From an uncultured Holophagales bacterium (GTDB taxonomy: Bacteria > Acidobacteriota > Thermoanaerobaculia > Multivoradales > UBA5704): 64,000 nucleotides of DNA. Each line of letters starts with the position of its first letter. Within the stretch, counting starts at the first letter, position 1. Below, one piece after another: positions 45,723-54,995 of this stretch. The stretch is from the NCBI GenBank assembly GCA_963842525.1, contig CAWJGT010000009.1, forward strand, positions 1,184,001 through 1,248,000, read 5' to 3'. The position numbers and the translations under genes are program-made. The notes under the pieces are model-generated. The model saw nothing but the letters and a program-made list of their open reading frames with translations. It was not told where the DNA came from and did not search any database.

Positions 45723-46940
45723 ATGGCGAGCCGCCTTGCGGATCTGTCCGCCGGGCTGGCGGAGCTGGGCTGTGAGGCCCTGCTCGTGCTGGCCCGGTCG
45801 GCGCAGGACCCGGACCTCGCACCCTTCGTCGGCTCCGTCCACCTCGGGGAGTGCCAGCTCGTGGCTCCCCGTGGTGGACCGGCCCATCTCGCCTATCTCA
45901 CCCCCATGGAACGGGACGAGGCGGCCTCGACGGGCCTCGCCCTGATCACGCCCGAGAACCTCGACCTCGCCCAGCGGTCGAGCGAAGCCTCCGAGCCGCA
46001 GGATCTTCTCGCCGAAGTCGCCGGCAAGTCGCTGGCGCGAGCCGGCCTCGCGCCGGGCCGCATCGCATTGGCCGGGCACGGCCCCGCCGGAGTGATCCAG
46101 GCCGCCTGCGCCCGCCTCGCCCGCGAGGGCTGGGTCTTCGTACCTGGCAACGGGCTCGTCCTCGCCGCCCGCAAGCGCAAGACCCCGGCCGAGGTTGCGG
46201 AGATCCGGACCGCCGCCGAGGGGACCTGCGCCGCACTGCGCTCCGTGGCCCGGCTGCTGGCCGCAGCCGTTGTCCGGGAAGGAGAGCTGTGGCTGGAGAG
46301 CGAGCCTCTGCGTGTTGCTCGTCTCCGTGCCGAGGTCGGCCAGGTCCTGGCCGGGCTCGGGCTGGAGCAGCCGCGCGGGAACATCATCGCTCCGGCGGAG
46401 GAGGGTGCAGTGCCGCACTCGACCGGCACGCCCGACCGCATCCTCCGCGCCGGCGAGTCGCTGGTCGTCGACCTCTTCCCCCGCAACGCCCTGTTCGCCG
46501 ACTGCACCCGCACCTTCTGCGTCGGAACCCCTGCGCCGGCGCTGGCCCGTGCCCATGCCGCGGTCCTGGAAACGCTCGAAGAGGCGCATCTGCGCGCCGC
46601 TCCCGGCGTCCGCGGCTGGGACCTTCAGGAGACCGTCTGCGTCCGCTTCACGGCGCACGGCTACCTCACCCCGATCTCGGATCCCGGCACCACCAGCGGC
46701 TATGTCCACAACCTCGGCCACGGGGTGGGCTTCGACCTCCACGAGCAGCCGATCTTCAAGAAGGTCTCGGGAGCCGAAGGAGTCCTCCGCGAAGGCGACG
46801 TCTTCACCCTGGAGCCGGGGCTCTACCATCCGGACGAGAGGCATGCGGTGCGTCTGGAGGACCTGGTCTGGCTGGGGCCGGACGGGCCGGAGAGCCTGAC
46901 GCCGCTGCCGCACGACCTCGACCCGCGCGCGTACGGCTGA
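45723..46940 (+). CDS. M24 family metallopeptidase (Xaa-Pro peptidase-like)
   Basis: VPH, VVDL, ADCTRT, HNLGHGVG..HE, TLEPGLY and VRLED metal-ligand motifs. Confidence 0.9.
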   Translation: MASRLADLSAGLAELGCEALLVLARSAQDPDLAPFVGSVHLGECQLVAPRGGPAHLAYLTPMERDEAASTGLALITPENLDLAQRSSEASEPQDLLAEVAGKSLARAGLAPGRIALAGHGPAGVIQAACARLAREGWVFVPGNGLVLAARKRKTPAEVAEIRTAAEGTCAALRSVARLLAAAVVREGELWLESEPLRVARLRAEVGQVLAGLGLEQPRGNIIAPAEEGAVPHSTGTPDRILRAGESLVVDLFPRNALFADCTRTFCVGTPAPALARAHAAVLETLEEAHLRAAPGVRGWDLQETVCVRFTAHGYLTPISDPGTTSGYVHNLGHGVGFDLHEQPIFKKVSGAEGVLREGDVFTLEPGLYHPDERHAVRLEDLVWLGPDGPESLTPLPHDLDPRAYG

Positions 46941-46992
46941 ATTTCAGCCTGCTGCTCGGCGGCAACATACGCCTCGCCGATGCGGTGGTCAG

Positions 46993-47013
46993 TTGTACCA
47001 GTCTCTGGTACCA
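46993..47013. promoter_or_regulatory. Inverted repeat, probable antitoxin operator
   Basis: GTACCAG-TCT-CTGGTAC immediately upstream of the antitoxin start. Confidence 0.6.
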
Positions 47014-47021
47014 TTCCCGCC

Positions 47022-47294
47022 ATGAGAGAGATGTCAGCTCACGATTTCCGGAGCCACCTTCGCAGCGCGGTCGAGAAGGTAGTGGAAGACCACGTTCCTC
47101 TCCGTGTCAAGAGGCGTGGTGGGCAGGATTTTGTGGTCGTCAGCGCCGAGGATTGGGAGCGGGAGCAGGAGACGCTGTACATCCTTCAGAACAAGTCGCT
47201 CATGGAGCAGATCGAGCGCTCGCTGAAGACCCATCGGGAAGGGACAGGCTACCGTCCCTCCCCGGAGGAGCTGGATGCGCTCGATCGTGTTTGA
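47022..47294 (+). CDS. yefM: Phd/YefM-family antitoxin
   Basis: FRSHL..VEKVVEDHVPLRV...VVVSAEDWEREQETLYIL, overlapping the toxin gene. Confidence 0.88.
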   Translation: MREMSAHDFRSHLRSAVEKVVEDHVPLRVKRRGGQDFVVVSAEDWEREQETLYILQNKSLMEQIERSLKTHREGTGYRPSPEELDALDRV

Positions 47295-47541
47295 AGGCGA
47301 CACCTGGGAGCGCTACGAGGATCTGCGCCAGCGCGAACCCGCGTTGCACCGTGTCCTCTGCCGGCAGATCAAGGAGATGCAGCGGGGAGACCCTGCCAGC
47401 GGCGCCGGCAAGCCCGAGGCTTTCAAGCACGCCCTGAGCGGATGCTGGTCCCGCCGGCTCTCCCTCAAGGACCGGCTCATCTACCGGTTCAACGACGAAA
47501 ACCTCTACGTGATCGCCATCGGCGGGCACTACGAAAGCTAA
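47275..47541 (+). CDS. yoeB: Txe/YoeB-family toxin
   Basis: GKPEAFKHALSGCWSRR...RLIY...GHY signature. Confidence 0.9.
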   Translation: MRSIVFEGDTWERYEDLRQREPALHRVLCRQIKEMQRGDPASGAGKPEAFKHALSGCWSRRLSLKDRLIYRFNDENLYVIAIGGHYES

Positions 47542-47560
47542 CTGCTCTGAGGATTCTCAA

Positions 47561-48493
47561 ATGCATACCGACGCCGAGCCGGAAACACCAGAGAGCACCT
47601 GGCCCTCGCTTCCCTATGCGGACTGGCGGGACACCTACGCGACCCTGCACCGCTGGTCGCAGATCGTCGGCAAGACACGCCTCGCGCTGGCGCCGATGGT
47701 GAACCATTGGTGGCAGGTACCCTTCTACGTGAGCGCTCGCGGGCTGACCACGTCGGCCATGCCCTACGGCGGGAGGCACGAGGTCGAAATCGAGTTCGAT
47801 TTCCTCGCCCATGAGCTGGTTTTCCGCACCAGCGAAGGAGAACGGCGCGCGATGCCGCTCGTCGCGCGCAGCGTCGCCGACTTCTATGCGGAGTACATGA
47901 GCATTCTCGATGGGCTCGGCGTCGGCGCAAAGATCTGGCCGGTGCCGGTGGAGCTACCGGACGCGGTGCCGTTCGCCGACGACCGCGAGCACGCGGCATA
48001 CGATCCGGCAATGGCCCAGCGCTTCTGGCAGGTGTTGATCCAGGCGGACCGGGTCTTCCAGTCCTTCCGCGGGGAGTTCCTCGGCAAGTCGAGCCCGTCG
48101 CACCTCTTCTGGGGGGCTCTCGATCTAGCCGTAACGCGCTTTTCAGGCCGGACAGCACCGCCGCATCCCGGCGGCATGCCGAACGTCGGCGACTGGGTGA
48201 TGCGGGAAGGCTACTCGCATGAGCTGTCGAGCGCCGGCTTCTGGCCAGGTGGCGAGCCGCTTCCGGAGCCGGTGTTCTACTCCTACGCCTACCCGACCCC
48301 CGAAGGTTTCGCCGACGCTCCTGTCCGTCCTGAAGGAGCCTACTTCCATGCCGGGATGGGGGAGTTCGTCCTCCCCTACGAGACCGTGCGGTCTGCGGCG
48401 GATCCCGATGCCGCTCTCCTCGACTTCCTCCAGAGCACCTACGAGGCCGCTGCCAACGCGCTGCATTGGGATCGAAGCGCGCTGGAGCGCTAG
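47561..48493 (+). CDS. Conserved hypothetical protein (DUF5996-like)
   Basis: TLHRWSQIVGK, NHWW, FWGALDLAVTRFSGR, YSHELSSAGFWPG and WDR motifs recalled for this family. Confidence 0.8.
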   Translation: MHTDAEPETPESTWPSLPYADWRDTYATLHRWSQIVGKTRLALAPMVNHWWQVPFYVSARGLTTSAMPYGGRHEVEIEFDFLAHELVFRTSEGERRAMPLVARSVADFYAEYMSILDGLGVGAKIWPVPVELPDAVPFADDREHAAYDPAMAQRFWQVLIQADRVFQSFRGEFLGKSSPSHLFWGALDLAVTRFSGRTAPPHPGGMPNVGDWVMREGYSHELSSAGFWPGGEPLPEPVFYSYAYPTPEGFADAPVRPEGAYFHAGMGEFVLPYETVRSAADPDAALLDFLQSTYEAAANALHWDRSALER

Positions 48494-48555
48494 GTCCCTG
48501 GCCGCGCAGGGTTCGGCGCCAGCCAGGTGTAGACGATCAAGTGCCGGGCGTTCAT

Positions 48556-48607
48556 GTAGGGGCGGCCCTTGTGGCCGCCCTCCGGAAGGGCACCCACAAG
48601 GTGCGCC
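48556..48607. repeat. GTAG-type REP-like palindrome (degenerate pair)
   Basis: GTAG-GGGCGGCC-CTTGT-GGCCGCCC hairpin followed by a partial inverted copy, GGGCACCCACAAGG. Confidence 0.5.
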
Positions 48608-49417
48608 GGGAAAATAAGGTGCTTGACAAGAACGGCCCACATAGAAGGTGATTCGGCAGGCCCGGCGGGGGCCTTCCACGTGGTCTGGAGGCGCCTCGTC
48701 TTGGGCAGATCGACCTCCCAGACCTGCTCCAGCTAGCGGCAGCTTCCTCGGGCCAGACGGTCTGCGGCTGCACACCCTCCATCGTCCGCGACGGTCCGAG
48801 GCAGAGGAGACCCCCTGGCCGTACGATGACCAGCCGTTGCTGCGGCTGGGCTGATCACCGTGCAGCCTCGTTACCCCTTTCGATTTCCTAGAATTCAAGG
48901 AGTTGGCTTTTGAGCAGAGGTTGCTTCAGTGGTAAGGAGGAGGCCGACGCTGGGGTGGGATTGCCAAAGATCGGGTGACAAGACCAATGCCCGATACACG
49001 CTGTGAGCCTGCACCTCGAACGGGTGGGCTTCGCACTGTAGCTGGTAAGATCGCCGCGCCATGAAACACCCAATTCGCATCCAGTCCCAAGTCAGCCGCA
49101 ATCCGGAGCTTTCCGTCGACCAGTTCACCGTGATGCAAAGGCAGAGGCCGTTCCTGATCATGAACGGCGCGATGTACAGCAATTCGAGCGCTTCGAATTC
49201 CTCGCAGCTCCTGCCGTTCGAATCCACTCCGATCACCGTGGGGGTCCGGATGACCTTCGAGGGGCAGGGGCCGGGTGGGCGGGACATCGGCGGCGGTATG
49301 ATCGAACGTGCTGGAATCTGATGACGAATCAGGCGATGGTGAAGGGGCTGTTCGGGCAGTGAGGGTCTGATCCCGGCAGCTTCCTTTCGAATCGCTGCCG
49401 GGCACCCGGTACCGCTG

Positions 49418-49714
49418 TCAGGCGGGGTTGTCGCCAGCGTCAGGCTGAGCCGGAGCCGGATTACCGGCCGAAAGCTCTTGCAGGTTGGCGACCAGGCTCT
49501 TGCCGGTGACCGACGTCGCATAGGAGTTGGCGGCCACCAGAAGCAGCCCGAGGGGGCCGAACGCGATCCTGGCGATCGTTCCGCCAATGAAGTGGAGCGC
49601 GCCTTCGCCGACCTTGCCATCCAGGAGAAGGCTCGCTCCCGGAGCTACGGTCTCGCCAGCGAGCTTCAAAGCGCGGGACAAAAGGACGCTAGTGGACGAT
49701 TCGGACTGTGGCAC
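49418..49714 (-). CDS. Small glycine-rich hydrophobic protein (DUF6072-like)
   Basis: GGAGG RBS before GTG. KLAGE..PGASLLLDG...ANSYATSVTGK pattern. Confidence 0.7.
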   Translation of the reverse strand: MPQSESSTSVLLSRALKLAGETVAPGASLLLDGKVGEGALHFIGGTIARIAFGPLGLLLVAANSYATSVTGKSLVANLQELSAGNPAPAQPDAGDNPA

Positions 49715-49986
49715 GGCGTTGCCTCCCATCATCGTCTGTGCTTGTTGATGAGCCTCTTTATACCACATCCGGCGGAGAGGTGAAAGTCCTCTCGCCTCTA
49801 CAAGTGCGCCAGACCCCATCTTCCGCGACAGCGCCGCCCTCGCCCCTGAAATGAAAACCGGTGGCCGGTCACAGACTTGGTACAGCGGGCGAACTAGCCG
49901 AGGTCGCCCGATCCTCCCGACGTTTGCCGAGCAGACGTTCACGCGTGGATTCGTCGGGGACCAAGAATTCAACAAGGAGTGATCCC

Positions 49987-52389
49987 ATGAGAAACCGCCT
50001 TGATTTGCCGCGTTGGACCCCCTTCGCCCTTATGTTCGTCCTCATCCTGTTGCCCTGGGTGGTCGGCGCACAGCCCTTCCCAAGTGATCCATTCCTCGGC
50101 GAGTACCCGGACGTCGGTCCCGTCAGCCCTTTGCACTTCCGGACCTTTCAATGGCCGCTTGGCTTCGAGAGCTACGGCCCTCGGACGCACGTCAATGCCG
50201 GCACAGCTTGGAGCTACAACCCTGGCCACGCCTATCTCGGCATCCTCGACCATGGTTTCGCGTATCACCTGAATGGCACCGGGCCGATCCTTGTCCATCC
50301 GGACCTGGATGCCAACTTCCGCCGGCATCTTTCTCCCTGGTCTCATATATGGCAGCCCGGTGATGATCTTCAATTACTCGGCCTTGCCGAGGACAACCCC
50401 CCCCACCCCTACGGCCACGGAATGCACGTCGCGGGCATCGCTGCCGGAGTCGAGAACGGCCAGGGCATCGTGGGCATCTGCAGACAATGCAGCACGCTGC
50501 TGGGCAACCTTTCTCGTATTTATGACAGCACCGACTATGGGGCGAGCAGCGTGCACGTGCATACGTGGCCAGCGAAATGGCTGCAGGCGTTGATCGAGCG
50601 CGGAGCGCAGGTCGTCAACATGAGCTTCGGCAATCAAGACGAGGCCACGTACCCGAACATGCGCGCAGTGATCGAGGGGATCGCCGCCGAGCGCGACGTG
50701 GTCCTGGTTGCCGCCGCTGGCAATGACGGCATCGGGAATGCAGACTTTCCGGCGCGCCACCCCTACGTGATCGGGGTTGCGGCCTCCAGCCCGCAGGGGC
50801 TGCGGTGGGACGAGCTCGGGCCACAGTGCCGGCAGGCGGGCGAATGCGCTTCCAACTATGGAATGAACGTGACTGTGGGAGCCCCGGGCCAGGACGTGCT
50901 ATCGGCGTGGATTCCTGGCGCCAACAACAATACCGCCAACCCGATGGCGTCCCTCTGTGGCGACGCTCTCCACAGCCAGGAGATGGGTGCCGGCATGGTC
51001 CATCCGGCGGCGACGCAGGCGGACGGCTTCGGCCTGTGTACGGGGACCTCCATGGCCGCCCCCCACGTGACGGGGGTGGCAGGTCTGGTGCGCTCGGTCA
51101 ACCCGTTGCTGCCGGCGGCGCAGGTGCGGTCGGTCATCGAAAGCACGGCTGCGCCGACCGACGCGAACTTGGGATTCGGCGTGGTCAACGCCGGTGAGGC
51201 GGTCGAGAAAACCTTGGGCCAGGTGAGGGGGGTACAGGTCAGAAACCGGCTGACTCCTCTCTTCAGTCTCTACAGCCCGTTGGCGGAAGATCTCTTCTAT
51301 ACGACCGTTCCGCAGATGGCGACGGCGGCGATCCAGGACGTGCGGCGGCCGCAGTATTCGGTTCCCGGGGATCCGGCGAGTTGGCCATTCTCGGAAGCCT
51401 CACCCTACAGCAGCGCCGCCGACCCTGCGGTCGGATTCGCCTATACGGCTTTTCCGGGGGGCGGCGCACAGGTCCCCGCGGCAGCCGTCTACCTCTTCAC
51501 GGGCGACGTCAACCCGCTCACCGGCGACCGCGACCTGATATCGCTCTACCGTCTTAGCTACGTGGCGGCATCGGCGACCAATCCGAACAATCGAGATCAC
51601 GCCTACGTCACCGACGCTGCCGGCATCTCCGCCTACCAGTCGGTGGGGTACAAGCTCGACGGGATCGAGGGCTACCTCGTACGGTCCAGTGCCGCTCAGC
51701 CAGCAGGCACCGTCCGCCTTCTGCGGCGTTACAATCCCGGCCGTGACGACCATGCCATTTTTCCCGAAAGCCAACTCGCCGCCATGGCGGCCCAGGGCTA
51801 CACAGACGGTAACCTGGTGCTCGGCTACGTGTATCCGAACCAGGACACGGACAGCGACGGTCTGATCGACGGTTTCGAAACCGCCATTCTGGGCACAGAT
51901 ACCAGCCGCGCCGATTCCGATTGCGATGGAGCGAACGATGGCGCCGAGTATCCGCTGACGGGCTTGCCGGTGAGCGATCCGCTGGATGGCCAATGCCAGC
52001 CACGCAGCGACCTCGCCGTCAGACTGCTCACGACGAAAATCCGGCCGGATGGAGTGGATCTGAGCTTCCGCCTGACCAATCTCGGTCCGAACGGTTCGGC
52101 GGCGACTACAGGTGCGATCTCGTTCTCGTCGGACGCAGGGTATGGCGTTTCGGCACCCACGGGGTGCGTCCTCACTTATGCCTCCAAGCGATATGGTACG
52201 GGTCTGGCCTATGCATGCCCATTCCCGACGCTCGTGCCTCTCGCGAAGTACGATTTCGTGTTCACGATTACGACTTTCGGCAAGGGGCCCGCTCTCTCCG
52301 TGGAAGGCTCGGTGCCAGTCGATCAGCCGGTGGTGGATCCGAATGGCGCCAACAACACCGCAGTGACGACTCTTAAAGGAGACGGGTAG
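49987..52389 (+). CDS. Secreted S8 subtilisin-like serine peptidase with C-terminal accessory domains
   Basis: AAGGAG RBS, signal peptide, GILDHG, GHGMHVAGI, AAAGND, GTSMAAPHV, DTDSDGLIDG calcium-binding-like repeat and a DUF11-like tail. Confidence 0.9.
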   Translation: MRNRLDLPRWTPFALMFVLILLPWVVGAQPFPSDPFLGEYPDVGPVSPLHFRTFQWPLGFESYGPRTHVNAGTAWSYNPGHAYLGILDHGFAYHLNGTGPILVHPDLDANFRRHLSPWSHIWQPGDDLQLLGLAEDNPPHPYGHGMHVAGIAAGVENGQGIVGICRQCSTLLGNLSRIYDSTDYGASSVHVHTWPAKWLQALIERGAQVVNMSFGNQDEATYPNMRAVIEGIAAERDVVLVAAAGNDGIGNADFPARHPYVIGVAASSPQGLRWDELGPQCRQAGECASNYGMNVTVGAPGQDVLSAWIPGANNNTANPMASLCGDALHSQEMGAGMVHPAATQADGFGLCTGTSMAAPHVTGVAGLVRSVNPLLPAAQVRSVIESTAAPTDANLGFGVVNAGEAVEKTLGQVRGVQVRNRLTPLFSLYSPLAEDLFYTTVPQMATAAIQDVRRPQYSVPGDPASWPFSEASPYSSAADPAVGFAYTAFPGGGAQVPAAAVYLFTGDVNPLTGDRDLISLYRLSYVAASATNPNNRDHAYVTDAAGISAYQSVGYKLDGIEGYLVRSSAAQPAGTVRLLRRYNPGRDDHAIFPESQLAAMAAQGYTDGNLVLGYVYPNQDTDSDGLIDGFETAILGTDTSRADSDCDGANDGAEYPLTGLPVSDPLDGQCQPRSDLAVRLLTTKIRPDGVDLSFRLTNLGPNGSAATTGAISFSSDAGYGVSAPTGCVLTYASKRYGTGLAYACPFPTLVPLAKYDFVFTITTFGKGPALSVEGSVPVDQPVVDPNGANNTAVTTLKGDG

Positions 52390-52391
52390 TC

Positions 52392-52944
52392 GTGCGCGGC
52401 GACGTGGATGGCGTGGTGCTGACAGGTGTGTCGCACACCATAGCCCCTGCCTTGGGGGAGGCCTTGGCGGCTCTGTATCCGGCGAGCCTCGATCCACGCT
52501 TTTCCGGGCAGAGCATCCCGGATGGCTATCTCACCACCCAAACCCGGCGATCGCACCCTCTTCTACCATCTGCCGTCGGCCGACCCCCTGGTCATCGCGC
52601 TCGACGAGCAGACCAAGGAGACCGTCACCACGGGTGAGCTCGACACGGCTCTGCCCGCGCTCGGCCTGTCGAGCGCGATCCACGTTCCGGTGCTCGTGGT
52701 CGTCGGCGATTTCGATCTGGCGTTCTGCGAAGAGCCGTCGTGCTCGGGGTCCGGCAGCCTCGCCGGCGAGCCGAGCTTCTACCCGGCGGATGCCTGCGCC
52801 GAGACGGCGATCATCCCTGGAGCGGGGCACGACCTGAACCTGCACTTTCAGGCCCAGATCGCATATGACGCCGTGCTGGAGTGGATGGACCGGCGCGTCG
52901 GCCGCAACACGAAGGCTCCGCCGCCGTCTCCCTGCCAGCCGTAG
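52392..52944 (+). pseudogene. C-terminal fragment of an alpha/beta hydrolase
   Basis: DVDGVVLTG...PVLVVVGDFD...GAGHDLNLH present. No N-terminal half or GxSxG. Frameshift near 52540. Confidence 0.65.
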
Positions 52945-53352
52945 CTTCCCTCGGGCCAGAGAAGCTTGCGACGGCACAGAGAAGCTTGCAATGGGCCAGC
53001 GAAGTTTGCAGCGGGCCGTTGGAAGCTTCTTTCGGGCCAGCGAAGCTTGCACTGGCGCAACGAAGCTTCCGTCGGTCCAGGGAAGCTTGCAGTGGCGCAG
53101 AGAAGCTTGTGACGGGCCAGCGAAGCTTGCAGTCGTCCAGGGAAGCTTGCCATGAGCCGTTGGAAGCTTCCGTCGAGCCAGGGAAGCTTGCAATGGCGCA
53201 GAGAAGCTTGTGACGGGCCAGCGAAGCTTGCAGTGGTCCAGGGAAGCTTGCCATGAGCCGTTGGAAGCTTCCGTCGGGCCAGCGAAGCTTGCAATGGCAC
53301 AGCGAAGCTTGCGACAGGCCAGCGAAGCTTGCAGTGCGACGTTGCAGGCTTC
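52941..53352. repeat. Tandem array of about 21 x 20-21 bp units with a GAAGCTT core
   Basis: GAAGCTT at 52961, 52981, 53022, 53042...53324. A higher-order 101-bp duplication spans 53082-53182 and 53183-53283. Confidence 0.92.
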
Positions 53353-53392
53353 CGTTGAGTCAGGGAGGCTTGGGGCGGCGGGACGGAGGGAG

Positions 53393-53427
53393 AAAAGCCG
53401 GAGGCGTGCCCAGGGCATGCCTCCGGC
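53393..53427 (-). terminator. Intrinsic terminator
   Basis: GCCGGAGGCATGCCC/GGGCACGCCTCCGGC stem followed by TTTT on the minus strand, right after the stop at 53435. Confidence 0.65.
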
Positions 53428-53434
53428 AGGGGGA

Positions 53435-53806
53435 CTACGGGGTGGGCTCAGGCTCAGGCGGAAGGGTGGGAAGGGAGGCGGGCTTTTTACGGCCGCGGAA
53501 CGGCTGGAGGTTGAACTCGGCCAGCTTCTCGGCGCGGATGCCGAAATGCTGCTTCACCGCCAGGCGCAGCACGGTGCCCAAGCGTTCCGCCTCATCCAGC
53601 GTCTCCCTGAGTTGCTTCGAGGTCTCCTGCTTTTCCGCCCTCAAGAACCCCTGACGGTTGGCCAACTCCAGAGCCCTGGCCACCATCCCGTCGTACCGGG
53701 TGAGGCTGACGTCGAGGTGCAGCAGAATCTCGCGGTTGGTGCTCAGGGCGTCGCGGAACCTCTGCAGGCCGCCCAGCCTCCCCGTGTTCGTCGTCTCTCG
53801 AGCCAT
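53435..53806 (-). CDS. Hypothetical 123-aa helical/coiled-coil protein
   Basis: AAGGAG RBS, ATG start, amphipathic sequence ending EKLAEFNLQPFRGRKK plus a Pro-rich tail, with its own terminator. Confidence 0.75.
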   Translation of the reverse strand: MARETTNTGRLGGLQRFRDALSTNREILLHLDVSLTRYDGMVARALELANRQGFLRAEKQETSKQLRETLDEAERLGTVLRLAVKQHFGIRAEKLAEFNLQPFRGRKKPASLPTLPPEPEPTP

Positions 53807-53972
53807 GCTCGTTCTCCTTGAGCCGTACTCTGGAGCGCCGGAATTGGCGCCAAGGGTCCGGCTCTTCTGCGAGCACATTGACGCCACGAGCGCAAGCCCC
53901 CAAATCGGCAGAAGGGCTATTCTGGGCGTAAAGCGCACAAATCAAAAGAGATAGACAGCGCGATCGGTGAGG

Positions 53973-54001
53973 TGATTTGTACCGATGATCGGTACAAATC
54001 A
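53973..54001. promoter_or_regulatory. Perfect 29-bp palindrome, probable operator
   Basis: TGATTTGTACCGAT-G-ATCGGTACAAATCA, AT-rich and intergenic. Confidence 0.6.
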
Positions 54002-54046
54002 ACGGATGGACCGTGAGGAGACCGGAGCGCAGTCGCTTCGGGCGCG

Positions 54047-54865
54047 TCAGCGGGACGCGCCCGTGAGCTGATCGAAGACCTCGAGCACGGTCTCGGGCCG
54101 GGTCCGGACCCGGTAGTCGTCGGTCAGGTCGACCCAGCGGATGGTGCCGGTCGGATCGATCAGCAGCTCCGCCGGGCGTGCGACGTCCGTGCCGGTGCCT
54201 CCGTCCGGGTGCAAGAGGTCATAGCGCCGGAGGACCTCGGCCTTGGGATCGCTGAGGAAGGTATAGGTCCAGCCGGTCTTCGCCAGGTGTGCGCGTGTCG
54301 CCTCGGGAGGATCGACGCTGATCGCCACGGGGCGGATGCCGCGAGCCGCGAACTCGGGAAGCTTTTCCTGGAAACTCCGTAACTCGGAGTTGCAGAACGG
54401 TCACCAGTAGCCGCGGTAGAAGATGAGGACCACCCAGGAGCCCGGAGCGCCCCCTCCCGCGGGTCCGTCGGCTCGAGGACCCAGGAGGTCGTAGAGCCGT
54501 ACCGAGCGGCCCTGGGTGTCGGCCAGGGTGAAGTCGGGGGCCTTCTCGCCGACCGCAGGAGCCTCCGCGGAGGCCGGCAACTGCCGCGACATGGCCACCG
54601 TGAAAAACAGGAATATCCCGACGACGGCCAAGCTGAGGAGCGCGAGGATCGGGCCTGTGATGCGGCCCCGGTAACGCTCCGACTGGCGGAAGGCGCGGGC
54701 GAGACCGGTGCCCAGCAGCGCCAGGCCGAGGGCGAAGAGCAGCCAGCTTGTCCAGGGAACGTCCCGCGTCACGGGGAAGCGGTAAAAGAACAGGAAATAG
54801 CTCAGGAACGCGATCACGCAGACGAGGAACCCGGCGAGGGGGAGGAAATTGCGCTGACGTGACAT
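54047..54865 (-). CDS. Membrane-anchored AhpC/TSA (peroxiredoxin-like) protein, probable selenoprotein (UxxC)
   Basis: Three TM segments, APDFTL, then FYRGYW-TGA-PFC continuing in frame into AISVD...LIDPTGTIRW. Confidence 0.85.
54373..54391 (-). promoter_or_regulatory. Candidate bacterial SECIS hairpin
   Basis: AACUCCG-AGUUA-CGGAGUU begins 9 nt after the in-frame UGA (54401-54403). Confidence 0.6.
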
Positions 54866-54995
54866 GAGAGGAGTCTACAGCTCCTTTCCTCCCGATCCAA
54901 GCTAGACTGTGCGGAATGCCGCTCAAGGGACGCACGCCGCCCCGGCGCCCACCGCTTCCAAGGAGCACTGTCCCTCCGAAGTAGACGGGTTTGTC

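Noticed and set aside
48620-49410. Short ORFs on both strands between the DUF5996-like and DUF6072-like genes
   Set aside because: No recognisable motif or clear start. They may be gene remnants but cannot be supported.
52941-53352. CRISPR array
   Set aside because: The period is only 20-21 bp, the variable parts are related to each other, and there are no cas genes.
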